Below are positions 9,622-18,045 of a stretch of 64,000 nucleotides of DNA, piece after piece. The notes beneath the pieces are model-generated. The model had not been told where the DNA came from, searched no databases, and worked only from the letters and a program-made list of their open reading frames with translations. This stretch comes from a virus (Duplodnaviria; Caudoviricetes), in the IMG/VR virus record IMGVR_UViG_3300027714_000014, positions 1,460-65,459 of that record. One strand, given 5' to 3'. The translations under genes and the position numbers were made by a program. Every line of letters starts with the position of its first letter. Within the stretch, counting starts at the first letter, position 1.

Positions 9622-10524
9622 TTACCCATCTTCAGCCAACTTCTCAAAATATGACATAGCGTCATCTTCATCACCATTATCTGCTGTTGCCGTCACCGTT
9701 GGTGCGGGAGCCTCTTTCGTATTAACCGTAAGAGTAGCAGTGGGTTCATCTTCCATCAGCGTCTGCACTGTAGTGTTTGCAGCAACCGTACCAGAGAGAA
9801 CCATATCCATACGAGTCTTTAACTCCTCGTAGGATTTGAAGTTGGATGAAGCAGTAAACTCTGTTAGAGGATACTGTTTCTTATAGATGCCCTCTAGAAC
9901 ATCATCATCTTCAGACAGTGGCGACACTGCTTCAAATTCTGACTTATCATAGTTCCAGTAACCATCTACCTTACGAAGCTTCAACTTGAAGTTCGCACCG
10001 CCCCAAAAATCGAACGGATTGATTGGTGTTTCGTCCTCAAATGCAGGCTGCATTGATTCCATCACCTTGTCAAAAATCTTCTTACCAAAACGATAGAGGA
10101 AGATTTTACCTTCATTCGAAGGATTAGCAGAATCACTCACAACATAAATGTTTGCAAAATATTGCAGTTTACGTTTCTGTTTACGAGCAATCTCTTTGTC
10201 AGATTCAACACCTGAGTTCCAGAGAGAAGAATTATACTCTGACACAGGATCATTGTTGCCGAGAGTGGTAAGAGAGTTTTCAATATACCACTGGCCAGTT
10301 GGTCCTTGGAACGCATGGTTCCAGACCTTAGCCCAAGGAAGGTCTTCACCTTCACATGCAGGCAGAAAACGAATTACAGCATATCCGTTACCAGACTTAT
10401 CCATAACAGGTTTCCAGAGTCGATCATCGACGTAGGATTTCTTCTCCTGTGGTGCAGATTCTGCTTGGGCAGCGCCCAATAGTGAATCAAGACTATTTTG
10501 TTTTTTTAGTGCAGCAAATGACAT
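9622..10524 (-). CDS. gp32: single-stranded DNA-binding protein gp32
   Basis: DKSGNGYAVIRFLPA, WYIENSLTTLG, GANFKLK, YWNYDKSEF, acidic tail. Confidence 0.96.
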   Translation of the reverse strand: MSFAALKKQNSLDSLLGAAQAESAPQEKKSYVDDRLWKPVMDKSGNGYAVIRFLPACEGEDLPWAKVWNHAFQGPTGQWYIENSLTTLGNNDPVSEYNSSLWNSGVESDKEIARKQKRKLQYFANIYVVSDSANPSNEGKIFLYRFGKKIFDKVMESMQPAFEDETPINPFDFWGGANFKLKLRKVDGYWNYDKSEFEAVSPLSEDDDVLEGIYKKQYPLTEFTASSNFKSYEELKTRMDMVLSGTVAANTTVQTLMEDEPTATLTVNTKEAPAPTVTATADNGDEDDAMSYFEKLAEDG

Positions 10525-10572
10525 TCTTATGTCTCCTTATGTTTGCGTATGTTATCGTATGTTGATTTTATA

Positions 10573-10601
10573 ATAGTAACATAACAAGAGGGCTTTGTCA
10601 A
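10573..10601 (-). promoter_or_regulatory. sigma70-type promoter for gp32
   Basis: TTGACA-N17-TACTAT. Confidence 0.7.
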
Positions 10602-10614
10602 CCCCCTTTGTTAT

Positions 10615-10875
10615 TTATTTTTCCAATGGAAGTCCACTGATGTGAGTACCCCCTTTGAATCCATCCTTATCGTATCCATGTGGAAATTTATCCTCTCTGG
10701 GCATATTAGATTGTTTCTGTGCCACAAGTAAATCTTCATAAGATTTAGATTTATAATAGTCACCCTTACCCGCAATTTTCCACGTATCAGCAGTTCGCCC
10801 GTGGGCCTCTACTTGTGACTTTTTAAGTCCTTTATTCTTACCACTTTTCAGTGAGAGTTCTGGTCTTACTGGCAT
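10615..10875 (-). CDS. hypothetical protein
   Basis: 86-aa ORF with AAGGAG RBS. Confidence 0.6.
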   Translation of the reverse strand: MPVRPELSLKSGKNKGLKKSQVEAHGRTADTWKIAGKGDYYKSKSYEDLLVAQKQSNMPREDKFPHGYDKDGFKGGTHISGLPLEK

Positions 10876-10885
10876 AATTTTCTCC

Positions 10886-11743
10886 TTACTTAATTTTTAG
10901 TTTTTCACAAAGTTCTTCTTTTGTAATCATATTTATATTACTATCCCAACGACACAGACGGTCTATATTGATTTGACTATCTGTCCAATAAAAAATTTTG
11001 TCAGGATACATTTCGAAAACTTCTTTAATTTGATTTAACCAGTTTATAGGGTTAAACCCCTTAGCTTCTTTTGGTAAATAATTCTTTGTACCTTTATACA
11101 TATTATTTAGCGGCTTGTCATATGAAGATAAATCAAAGCCTAAAATATATATCTCTTCTGCATCAGATTGACACGCTAAAGATAGAGCAGTGTTTCCAGT
11201 TGCCCACCCCTCATGACCTTCAACTGAGCTAACCTGATCTCTAAATTCATTTACATATGTAATCCAAATTCCAACATCCTTTTCCATTTTGATTTTTACA
11301 TCTTTAGCGTCTAAATTGGGAAATTGTTTTATAGTAGATTCTATCTTTTCTGATAATGAGGCTGGGTCTTTTCCCCCTATGACACATTGATTTGTTCTGA
11401 TCAGGTTGCGATGAATGTAAGATTCTGGTATGTCAAAGCCCATTAACATACCGTCAGCGACCTCAGCAGGAACTACATTCCAGTTTGCAAAAAACGCATT
11501 ATGTGTGTTACCATATTCGGTATCTTCATCACACCAACCAGATTCATATATTTCTTGCTGCATTGCATAGTCCATTGCAACTAGATTATGTACACAATGA
11601 GGGCCATAACGATATATTGCATTACATCCCCATGTAGTAACTTCATCATCCCTTACCGTAGGAGTCTGTGTAGGATGGTCTGAACACTTTGGTATAAACC
11701 ACGACCTAGATTCACCGTTTCCTATAACAAGAGCCTTTTTCAC
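10886..11743 (-). CDS. hypothetical protein, Rossmann-like (DUF115/sialyltransferase-like)
   Basis: ALVIGNGESR, WGCNAIYR, IYILGFDL motifs. Confidence 0.55.
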   Translation of the reverse strand: MKKALVIGNGESRSWFIPKCSDHPTQTPTVRDDEVTTWGCNAIYRYGPHCVHNLVAMDYAMQQEIYESGWCDEDTEYGNTHNAFFANWNVVPAEVADGMLMGFDIPESYIHRNLIRTNQCVIGGKDPASLSEKIESTIKQFPNLDAKDVKIKMEKDVGIWITYVNEFRDQVSSVEGHEGWATGNTALSLACQSDAEEIYILGFDLSSYDKPLNNMYKGTKNYLPKEAKGFNPINWLNQIKEVFEMYPDKIFYWTDSQINIDRLCRWDSNINMITKEELCEKLKIK

Positions 11744-12444
11744 TTGCTCATCCTACGGTCAATCTTACCAGATGCACCATCGGTGTTTACCGTGTAACTT
11801 ACAGACGCATTATCCAACCACCGTTCATTCTTCACAAAGTCAAGCTTATATGCGTCACGCTCTGACAGGTTTGCAAGTACGTTAAACGCAAGACTGATCC
11901 TTGATTCATTAGTGGTGTTTTGACCAAACCCATGAAACAGATATGAGTTAAACATAATCAATGATCCCTCAGTACATGGCATACCAATCTTGTTAGTAAA
12001 GTTTGCATTTGCTTTACTGTAGTGTTTTCTCAATGAGAAAAATGGATCATTATTTGTTGGCATCTTTTCAAATACCAAAGGTGGATGTTCTGGTAGTGAC
12101 TTGACATAATACACACCACTGATAATAGAGTTACCATGATTGTGCATACTCTGAGAACTGCCTGGGTCTGCACTATTTAACCAGCTCTCATGAATCCAAA
12201 AATCACGATGATCTAGAGTCATTACATTGTCCAGATAGTCCTTAGTACACTCATAGAACCAATCTTTAAGATCAGAAAGACCTTCATGGTCAATAATGTT
12301 TGGAGCATCCTTGAACTGTGTTGTATCGGGATTTGCAACTGCTTGTTGATTAAATTCAAACTCATCCATAGAAGGGACTTCTGGTGGATTAGGATTTTGG
12401 TATATCTTCAATACACCAGCTGGGAAAATAGGAATTTCAGTCAT
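11740..12444 (-). CDS. 2OG-Fe(II) oxygenase (TIGR02466-like)
   Basis: SWLN...HNHGNSIISGVYY...FNSYLFH...RISLAFN. Confidence 0.85.
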   Translation of the reverse strand: MTEIPIFPAGVLKIYQNPNPPEVPSMDEFEFNQQAVANPDTTQFKDAPNIIDHEGLSDLKDWFYECTKDYLDNVMTLDHRDFWIHESWLNSADPGSSQSMHNHGNSIISGVYYVKSLPEHPPLVFEKMPTNNDPFFSLRKHYSKANANFTNKIGMPCTEGSLIMFNSYLFHGFGQNTTNESRISLAFNVLANLSERDAYKLDFVKNERWLDNASVSYTVNTDGASGKIDRRMSK

Positions 12445-13111
12445 TTAATATATCTCCAATTAATGGCAAAATCTTTGCAATCTGCACTGCACATTCCTTT
12501 GCCACTTCCATATGTTCTTGTTGTGTGCCATTCGCTGATCTTAATTCTATATAGTGAACCCAACTGCGAAGGGTTCCATTCATATATAAACGTGATACAG
12601 TATTACCTTCTGGTAGTACTACACGGGCCTGTTCTTTTGCAATACCATTTTTAATGGCCCATTCATATGTTTCTTTTGCAGTATTAATAAGAACTTCCTG
12701 TTTCATCTTCCAATGAAAATGTAACTCACTCTCACTATCTAACTCAACACTGTTTTGACGATTTTTATCATCTTGTAGTCGAGCATCTCTAGTAACAAAA
12801 TCTAAGTCTTTTGTAGGATCAGCATATCGTTGACTAAACTCTTGAAACGAGAAAGATCGATGACGTAGTATCTGCCTGGCAATATCTCTTGTTGTTTCAA
12901 TTTCTAAACATGCACTAACCATCTCTAGTGGCGACCAGTGTTTATGCTTAATGAGATACTTGATTAGTTTTTCAGAGGTATCTTTATTATTTTGATTATC
13001 AGGATTGGATACACGGGCGCAATAAGCTATCAAGTCTTGGCAGTTGTTCAGTCCCTTGCCAAACTGCAACCCTGTATCTGGTACTGAATTTGAAATTAAA
13101 TTTACTTGCAT
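12437..13111 (-). CDS. thyX: flavin-dependent thymidylate synthase
   Basis: RHRSFSFQEFSQRY ThyX signature; HKHWSPLE. Confidence 0.95.
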   Translation of the reverse strand: MQVNLISNSVPDTGLQFGKGLNNCQDLIAYCARVSNPDNQNNKDTSEKLIKYLIKHKHWSPLEMVSACLEIETTRDIARQILRHRSFSFQEFSQRYADPTKDLDFVTRDARLQDDKNRQNSVELDSESELHFHWKMKQEVLINTAKETYEWAIKNGIAKEQARVVLPEGNTVSRLYMNGTLRSWVHYIELRSANGTQQEHMEVAKECAVQIAKILPLIGDILND

Positions 13112-13129
13112 TATCTACTCTTCTAAAAA

Positions 13130-13204
13130 TGGTGCCGGTGGTAAGAATCGAACTCACAACCTATTGCTTACAAAGCAATTGCTCTACCGTTGAGCTACAC
13201 CGGC
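13130..13204 (-). tRNA. tRNA-Thr(UGU)
   Basis: GCCGGTG acceptor stem; ATTGC-TTTGTAA-GCAAT anticodon arm; TTCGATT T-loop; encoded CCA. Confidence 0.92.
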
Positions 13205-13213
13205 ACACATTAA

Positions 13214-13432
13214 CTATCGCCGATTACTATTCGGACGATATCCTTTAGGCCAACTAGGTTGGCGAGAGGCGAGTTTAGTAACTCGTTCCCTCAACTCCTC
13301 ATTGGCTTTCGCCAACTCAGCGTTTTGAAAACCAAATACCTTAATTTGATTTTCAAGTTCCGTCACCTTAGAGGCGAAGAAACCTTCTTCACGGATGGCG
13401 GGGTCACCATCCAGATGCACTGTAAATTCCAT
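13214..13432 (-). CDS. hypothetical coiled-coil protein
   Basis: 72 aa, GGAG RBS, own sigma70-type promoter at 13489-13517. Confidence 0.6.
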   Translation of the reverse strand: MEFTVHLDGDPAIREEGFFASKVTELENQIKVFGFQNAELAKANEELRERVTKLASRQPSWPKGYRPNSNRR

Positions 13433-13522
13433 TAGAAATCTCCATTGCTAGGGTTGCTGCCGTCAATCCCGACAGTTGAACATAAACTATATTACTATAG
13501 TTCAACGAATTTGTCAAGTACC

Positions 13523-13759
13523 TTATAGAGGTAATTGAGCACATTTTGGCAAATAATTCAAATCTCTCGCATTAGCTTCAATCTTCTCTTTGAGAGATTT
13601 TGAAATTAGAGGCCTTAAAGAATCAGGTTCAAGACCTTCTGCCTCACAGTACCATAACACGGCATCCATATGAGTTATCGCTTTCTCAAGAGCAATTTCT
13701 TCAATTTTGAGTGAAAAGGTTTTTGAGGTATTCAGTGGCATTATAATATTCCATAACAA
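13523..13759 (-). CDS. gp33: late transcription coactivator gp33
   Basis: FSLKIEEIA...MDAVLWYCE...ISKSLKEKIEANARDLNYL. Confidence 0.88.
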   Translation of the reverse strand: MLWNIIMPLNTSKTFSLKIEEIALEKAITHMDAVLWYCEAEGLEPDSLRPLISKSLKEKIEANARDLNYLPKCAQLPL

Positions 13760-13766
13760 TTAAAAT

Positions 13767-13841
13767 TGGAGCGGGTGGAAGGTACTGCCCCTTCTTCTAC
13801 AATTTGGTAAACTGTTGTAATACTTTTTATACTACACCCGC
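13767..13841 (-). tRNA. atypical tRNA-Gly(ACC)
   Basis: GCGGGTG/CACCCGC acceptor, U73, CCA; anticodon loop TTACCAA; D-loop lacks GG; T-loop GGCAGTA. Confidence 0.8.
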
Positions 13842-13899
13842 AAGTTGGGGAGTTAACCGTGACTCCCCACGGATGTATTACGGCATCACCCGTTAGACA

Positions 13900-14160
13900 T
13901 TACGCTGTACGTAGTGCCTGATAGCCAGCAGCAACAACTGATCGTTTAGGTGTACCGATACGATACTTCATATACGTCTGACCGTCAAAAGACGATACAC
14001 GCTTGTTCAAATAGATCGCAAGACCTGACAGGCGTAGCTTACTGATAACAGCACGAACATTCTTAACACCATAACGTGATGTAATCTGTTTAGCGGTTAG
14101 TTCTGCACCATTAACAAGTGCTTTTTCGACCTTATCGGTCTGGGTAGTGGTAGTAGTCAT
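13900..14160 (-). CDS. small winged-HTH DNA-binding protein
   Basis: ELTAKQITSRYGVKNVRAVISKLR HTH-like segment, basic. Confidence 0.6.
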   Translation of the reverse strand: MTTTTTQTDKVEKALVNGAELTAKQITSRYGVKNVRAVISKLRLSGLAIYLNKRVSSFDGQTYMKYRIGTPKRSVVAAGYQALRTA

Positions 14161-14300
14161 TTAAATGTTTTCCTTAACATTGCAAATAGGCTGAAAGTAT
14201 TCCAACCTTTAAAATGGTAGTTTTTAGTCCTATAAAGAGAACTACCAAACTCATTAAGTGTCGATATAGCAATAGGTTGCCGTCACTTAAATTCGTATTA
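14161..14300 (-). ncRNA. structured 5' leader (candidate cis-regulatory RNA)
   Basis: Four hairpins and loop-loop CCTAT/ATAGG complementarity, downstream of promoter 14307-14335. Confidence 0.45.
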
Positions 14301-14353
14301 TAACAAAGTATAACATAGTAATATCTATTTGTCAACACCTTTTTTCAATATTA

Positions 14354-15025
14354 TTACTCAACACGGAGAGTTCCACCCATTGGTATAATATTTCTAGGTT
14401 TCTTAGAAAAGTTTTTATGAATGTAGCAAGAAGTGGTTTCAGTATCTACATGTATTGGCTTGAAGCCATGAAAGTGAATTGGCAGTAAATCTGATTTATC
14501 CAAGAGCTCTTTTGCCCGTGGATTGTTATCACAATTATCTAGTATAATCATGCCGCCATCTGCAAGACTTTTTAAAGAGGGTAATACGCACTTGGTACGG
14601 AAATGACCATCAATAATAATCACATCAAAATTCATTTTGTACTTATAGATAGATTTTGTGTACAAGCTCTGATCTTCCTCAACACAAATTTTGTGTTTAT
14701 TGTCAGGATTTACTTTGTCTGCCCACTCTTTATTCTTTTCAACACCATACATATTACACTTCATGTTATCCCACCAAACGGTGCTATAGCCACAACCAAA
14801 CTCAAAAACATTAGAATTTTCCCAGTTCATACTGCGAAGATATTCATAGCATGGATATGTATACAGTGGCATAATTTCTTGATAACCACTTACGGGAACA
14901 TTGTTTCTTGAGGATTCTAAAAATCCATAATCATTTCTAAGCTTATGCATCAAATATGTTAAATGTAATTCTTCTATTGGCAGTTCAACATCTGCGATAA
15001 TAACTTGTCTCTCGTACATAACCAA
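14354..15025 (-). CDS. class I SAM-dependent methyltransferase-like protein
   Basis: VFEFGCGYST motif I; FDVIIIDG; GGMIILDN. Confidence 0.75.
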   Translation of the reverse strand: MVMYERQVIIADVELPIEELHLTYLMHKLRNDYGFLESSRNNVPVSGYQEIMPLYTYPCYEYLRSMNWENSNVFEFGCGYSTVWWDNMKCNMYGVEKNKEWADKVNPDNKHKICVEEDQSLYTKSIYKYKMNFDVIIIDGHFRTKCVLPSLKSLADGGMIILDNCDNNPRAKELLDKSDLLPIHFHGFKPIHVDTETTSCYIHKNFSKKPRNIIPMGGTLRVE

Positions 15026-15039
15026 TCCTCATTATAATA

Positions 15040-15433
15040 AAGTGGTGGGTATTCTGTTGCAAGGAACCCACCGAACCCCGAAAGATTACGCAGCTAGTGC
15101 GTAATCCCCATATGCAATATTATCGTTTGCATTTACTAATTTGACCAATAACGCAGTCATCCGACAATTCTCCACTCATCCGTCCCTGCCTGTCGATCCT
15201 GTTTCGCCCCCATCAAAAAAAGACTAGGTATATTAAACCCGCTAGTAGGGTAATGTCAGCACATATACTCCAAACGATATATGCTTTAAACATCCACTTA
15301 CTAACCTCTCGTACTAAGGGGGTCTTCATCAGAATCCCCTATCATTACTTTTGGCATACTAGTCTCCTTTTGGTGGAGGCGTTGGGTACTGCCCCCAAGT
15401 CCAGTTCAGTTCTCAATTCGTATCATCAAATTG
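15040..15433 (-). ncRNA. ssrA: two-piece (circularly permuted) tmRNA, alphaproteobacterial type
   Basis: Piece ending GGCAGTACCCAACGCCTCCACCA (CCA at 15371-15373) lies upstream of the piece starting GGGGGCGAAACAGGATCGAC (15211); G3-U70; tag ANDNIAYGDYALAA* at 15086-15130; outer ends approximate. Confidence 0.93.
15213..15329 (-). CDS. 38-aa membrane peptide inside the tmRNA intervening segment
   Basis: MKTPLVREVSKWMFKAYIVWSICADITLLAGLIYLVFF*; GGGGA SD; stop 1 nt before tmRNA G1. Confidence 0.55.
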   Translation of the reverse strand: MKTPLVREVSKWMFKAYIVWSICADITLLAGLIYLVFF

Positions 15434-15438
15434 TACTC

Positions 15439-15469
15439 TATTTATACCATGTGAGGAATCATTTGTCAA
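15439..15469 (-). promoter_or_regulatory. composite sigma70 + T4 late promoter for tmRNA
   Basis: TTGACA-N17-TATAAATA. Confidence 0.75.
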
Positions 15470-16149
15470 GACCCAAATGGAATAAAACTTTGAATAGAAT
15501 ATCTATATCTTTCATCAAATTCAGCATATGTTCCATGAAAATTTTTTCCCTCATAAATTATCAAGGTGTTAAATGTGCTTGGTGCAATATGATATAATTC
15601 CCAATCTTCATCTCCCTCAAAATTTTGCCAAGGAACAATAATACTTTTTTTAAGCTTGCTCATAACTATTCCACCAACTTTACTTTTTGGTAAGATTAAA
15701 TTATCATTATTATAATGCCCTTTGTATCTGTAAAATGCTGTGCCTCCAACATAGTCACACAGCCATATATTACAAACTATTTTAAGATTGTCAACATGGG
15801 GCATCCATGAATTTTTCCAGACTTGCATATTCTTTGATAATATCAAAGAAGTGCTTAATGATTTAGTCACATCAACGTTTACTCCTAATTGAGGAAAAAG
15901 GGATTGATATTTTTTTAATATAGGAACTAAATCCATAGGAGTAAAATTCTGTCGTGCGCCAGGAGTATATACATGACCATCCAATGCTGGCCATTCTCTT
16001 AAAATTGATATTGTGTCTAAGGGATTTTTCAGAAAATCATCAATAGAATAATACTTTAAGTCACCAATTTCATTTTTTGTAATTTTTAAATTATCATTTG
16101 GCTCTAAAGTTTTGTATAGTTTATCACGATTTATAAAATTAAAATTCAA
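15466..16149 (-). CDS. 2OG-Fe(II) oxygenase-like protein (DUF6445-like)
   Basis: IDDFLKNP, PHVD, GGTAFYR, FNTLIIYEG..FH. Confidence 0.7.
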   Translation of the reverse strand: MNFNFINRDKLYKTLEPNDNLKITKNEIGDLKYYSIDDFLKNPLDTISILREWPALDGHVYTPGARQNFTPMDLVPILKKYQSLFPQLGVNVDVTKSLSTSLILSKNMQVWKNSWMPHVDNLKIVCNIWLCDYVGGTAFYRYKGHYNNDNLILPKSKVGGIVMSKLKKSIIVPWQNFEGDEDWELYHIAPSTFNTLIIYEGKNFHGTYAEFDERYRYSIQSFIPFGS

Positions 16150-16580
16150 ATAGTAATTCCCTTAGTAGGTTTATTTAATTCTTTGCTAAATACACCACCG
16201 GCAAGAACCCATCCTAGAAAATTATTTTCTTTACCACTAACTCCAAGTACTACAGATTCAACTCCATTAAAATCTGCATATTGAATTAATGAGTGAGTAA
16301 CCATAAACAATAGCGGCGTTGGAAACCTTACGCACATTCCCGATAGATGAAAATCACGTAGCTGACCCAATACTTCTTCTTCTGATACTGTATCTGCTGC
16401 GACAATTCGTAGAATTGTCTCCTCATCTTTGCAAATATTAGCAATTAATATAGGTGTGCCAAGATTCCACACTGTAGGTTTTGAGTATGACTTATTAGTG
16501 CTATCTGCTAAAGCTGCTGTGGACACCAGCACTATAAGAAACACCCAACTCAGCACGATAGCTGTACGTAGATATTTCAT
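16146..16580 (-). CDS. hypothetical exported protein
   Basis: N-terminal signal peptide. Confidence 0.6.
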   Translation of the reverse strand: MKYLRTAIVLSWVFLIVLVSTAALADSTNKSYSKPTVWNLGTPILIANICKDEETILRIVAADTVSEEEVLGQLRDFHLSGMCVRFPTPLLFMVTHSLIQYADFNGVESVVLGVSGKENNFLGWVLAGGVFSKELNKPTKGITI

Positions 16581-16595
16581 TTTTTATTCTCCTAA

Positions 16596-17318
16596 TTATC
16601 GCCGCCAATCGGGTTGACGATTTTTATCAGCGGCATTCCATTCCTTTATGGCCTCTGTGAGAAGAGGTAGATATTCATATTTCTCTTTTATAAATTCTTG
16701 AACCGTTCCGTCTTCTGTAACAACAAGAATAACTACTTGATCAATGATAATTCCTGTCCTCTCTCCGAACATTTCTGCATATGCTGAACCTTGAATATAA
16801 TAGTTCTCATTATATTTTTCATTTCTCTCTCTTGTTGAGGTCTTAAAGTCGATAATTGACAACTTACCTTTGTAATTTGCAATACAATCAACTCTACCAG
16901 CAACTTTATATTTATCACTATACAGACCACATTCTTGGGCATATATGTTATTTATATTACAAAGTACCTTTTCTTTGAGTTGATTAAACAAACAAAATGG
17001 AAGAAAATTATTCTCATGTTCTTTCCACTTTTTTGGCCAGTTAATATGTACGTTATTAAGATAGTCCTCACACATATGATGAACCTTAGTACCACGGGCA
17101 GATGCAGTTCTTGCTATATGATTTGCAACATCATTACCAACACGCTTACGCCACTCAAACAGTCCTTTCTTGTTACGGACTGATAGAACAGTTGTTATAG
17201 ATGGATACTTATTACCTTCTGGTGTTTCATATAAACGAATACCATCATTATTCGTTGCTTTAATATCCGGCAATGTAAAAGAATCATTATGATCAAATTT
17301 TGTCATCGTAATTTCCAT
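16596..17318 (-). CDS. PD-(D/E)XK exonuclease (Cas4-like phage exonuclease)
   Basis: YPSITTVL, RGTKVH, AGRVDCIA, IIDFKTS, Q..AYA. Confidence 0.85.
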   Translation of the reverse strand: MEITMTKFDHNDSFTLPDIKATNNDGIRLYETPEGNKYPSITTVLSVRNKKGLFEWRKRVGNDVANHIARTASARGTKVHHMCEDYLNNVHINWPKKWKEHENNFLPFCLFNQLKEKVLCNINNIYAQECGLYSDKYKVAGRVDCIANYKGKLSIIDFKTSTRERNEKYNENYYIQGSAYAEMFGERTGIIIDQVVILVVTEDGTVQEFIKEKYEYLPLLTEAIKEWNAADKNRQPDWRR

Positions 17319-17327
17319 TGTAGACCT

Positions 17328-17603
17328 TTACTTACGTTCATCTAATATAGATTTGCATGGAATACGTTTAATTTTAGATAAAGTACCATCACTACTAAGC
17401 TGTTTGAACCAAACAGTATTTAAAGTTACAACAGGGTCTAAACCAAAAGGCCCCATAGCAACTGATCCATCTTCCAATGGATTTTTACCAACTTGATGGC
17501 ATCCAATGTATTCATATCCCTGACCAGTGGACGGAACTTTCATTGTTGGCGCACATGCACCAAGAACTAACAATCCAGACAATATTATTATTTTACTTTT
17601 CAT
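17328..17603 (-). CDS. putative lipoprotein
   Basis: Lipobox LGAC. Confidence 0.65.
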   Translation of the reverse strand: MKSKIIILSGLLVLGACAPTMKVPSTGQGYEYIGCHQVGKNPLEDGSVAMGPFGLDPVVTLNTVWFKQLSSDGTLSKIKRIPCKSILDERK

Positions 17604-18044
17604 TTATATATTCCTCATTCTATCAACGAGCCTATCAGCTCTTTTTGTAACCTGTTTATACCAACTGGAATCAACCATCTCATCAGCAGCTGCATTCCAA
17701 TCTTTCGCATCTACACCACGTTTCATTCCTTTGAACTTACTCAAACGAGGGCGCCCCATATTGAACATCATGTTCGCAATTATTTGTTGAGCTTCTTCCG
17801 GCAAAGTCTCAAAGTCTGAGTATAGGAGCTCGCAGTCCGACAGGACTCCTTGGAGATCAGATTCGAAGGCCTCAATGACTCTGGACTCACTGACGGGAGT
17901 GCCGTCGCTGCAATCATATTCGACATCTGATTCCAAAACCAGATGGCCGATCCCAAAAGTAGGATAGCCAAGATGATCTTTGTATACTTCATATTTTACT
18001 CCCTCATCAATCTCTAATTGTTCTCTAAGTTTATCTACGTTCAT
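17604..18044 (-). CDS. lysozyme (GH24, T4 e-like endolysin)
   Basis: DEGVKYEVYKDHLGYPTFGIGHL (E..D..T); NMMFNMG; SSWYKQV..RA. Confidence 0.92.
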   Translation of the reverse strand: MNVDKLREQLEIDEGVKYEVYKDHLGYPTFGIGHLVLESDVEYDCSDGTPVSESRVIEAFESDLQGVLSDCELLYSDFETLPEEAQQIIANMMFNMGRPRLSKFKGMKRGVDAKDWNAAADEMVDSSWYKQVTKRADRLVDRMRNI

Positions 18045-18045
18045 T

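Noticed and set aside
13846-13892. Two hairpins upstream of tRNA-Gly as a separate ncRNA
   Set aside because: Short stems, most simply 3'-end or processing structures of the upstream mRNA; no further support
15253-15597. 114-aa plus-strand ORF
   Set aside because: Antisense to the tmRNA and its promoter, with no recognisable features
16596-17318. Cas4-like nuclease as evidence of a CRISPR-Cas system
   Set aside because: No repeat-spacer array or other cas genes are visible; solo exonucleases of this type are common in T4-like phages
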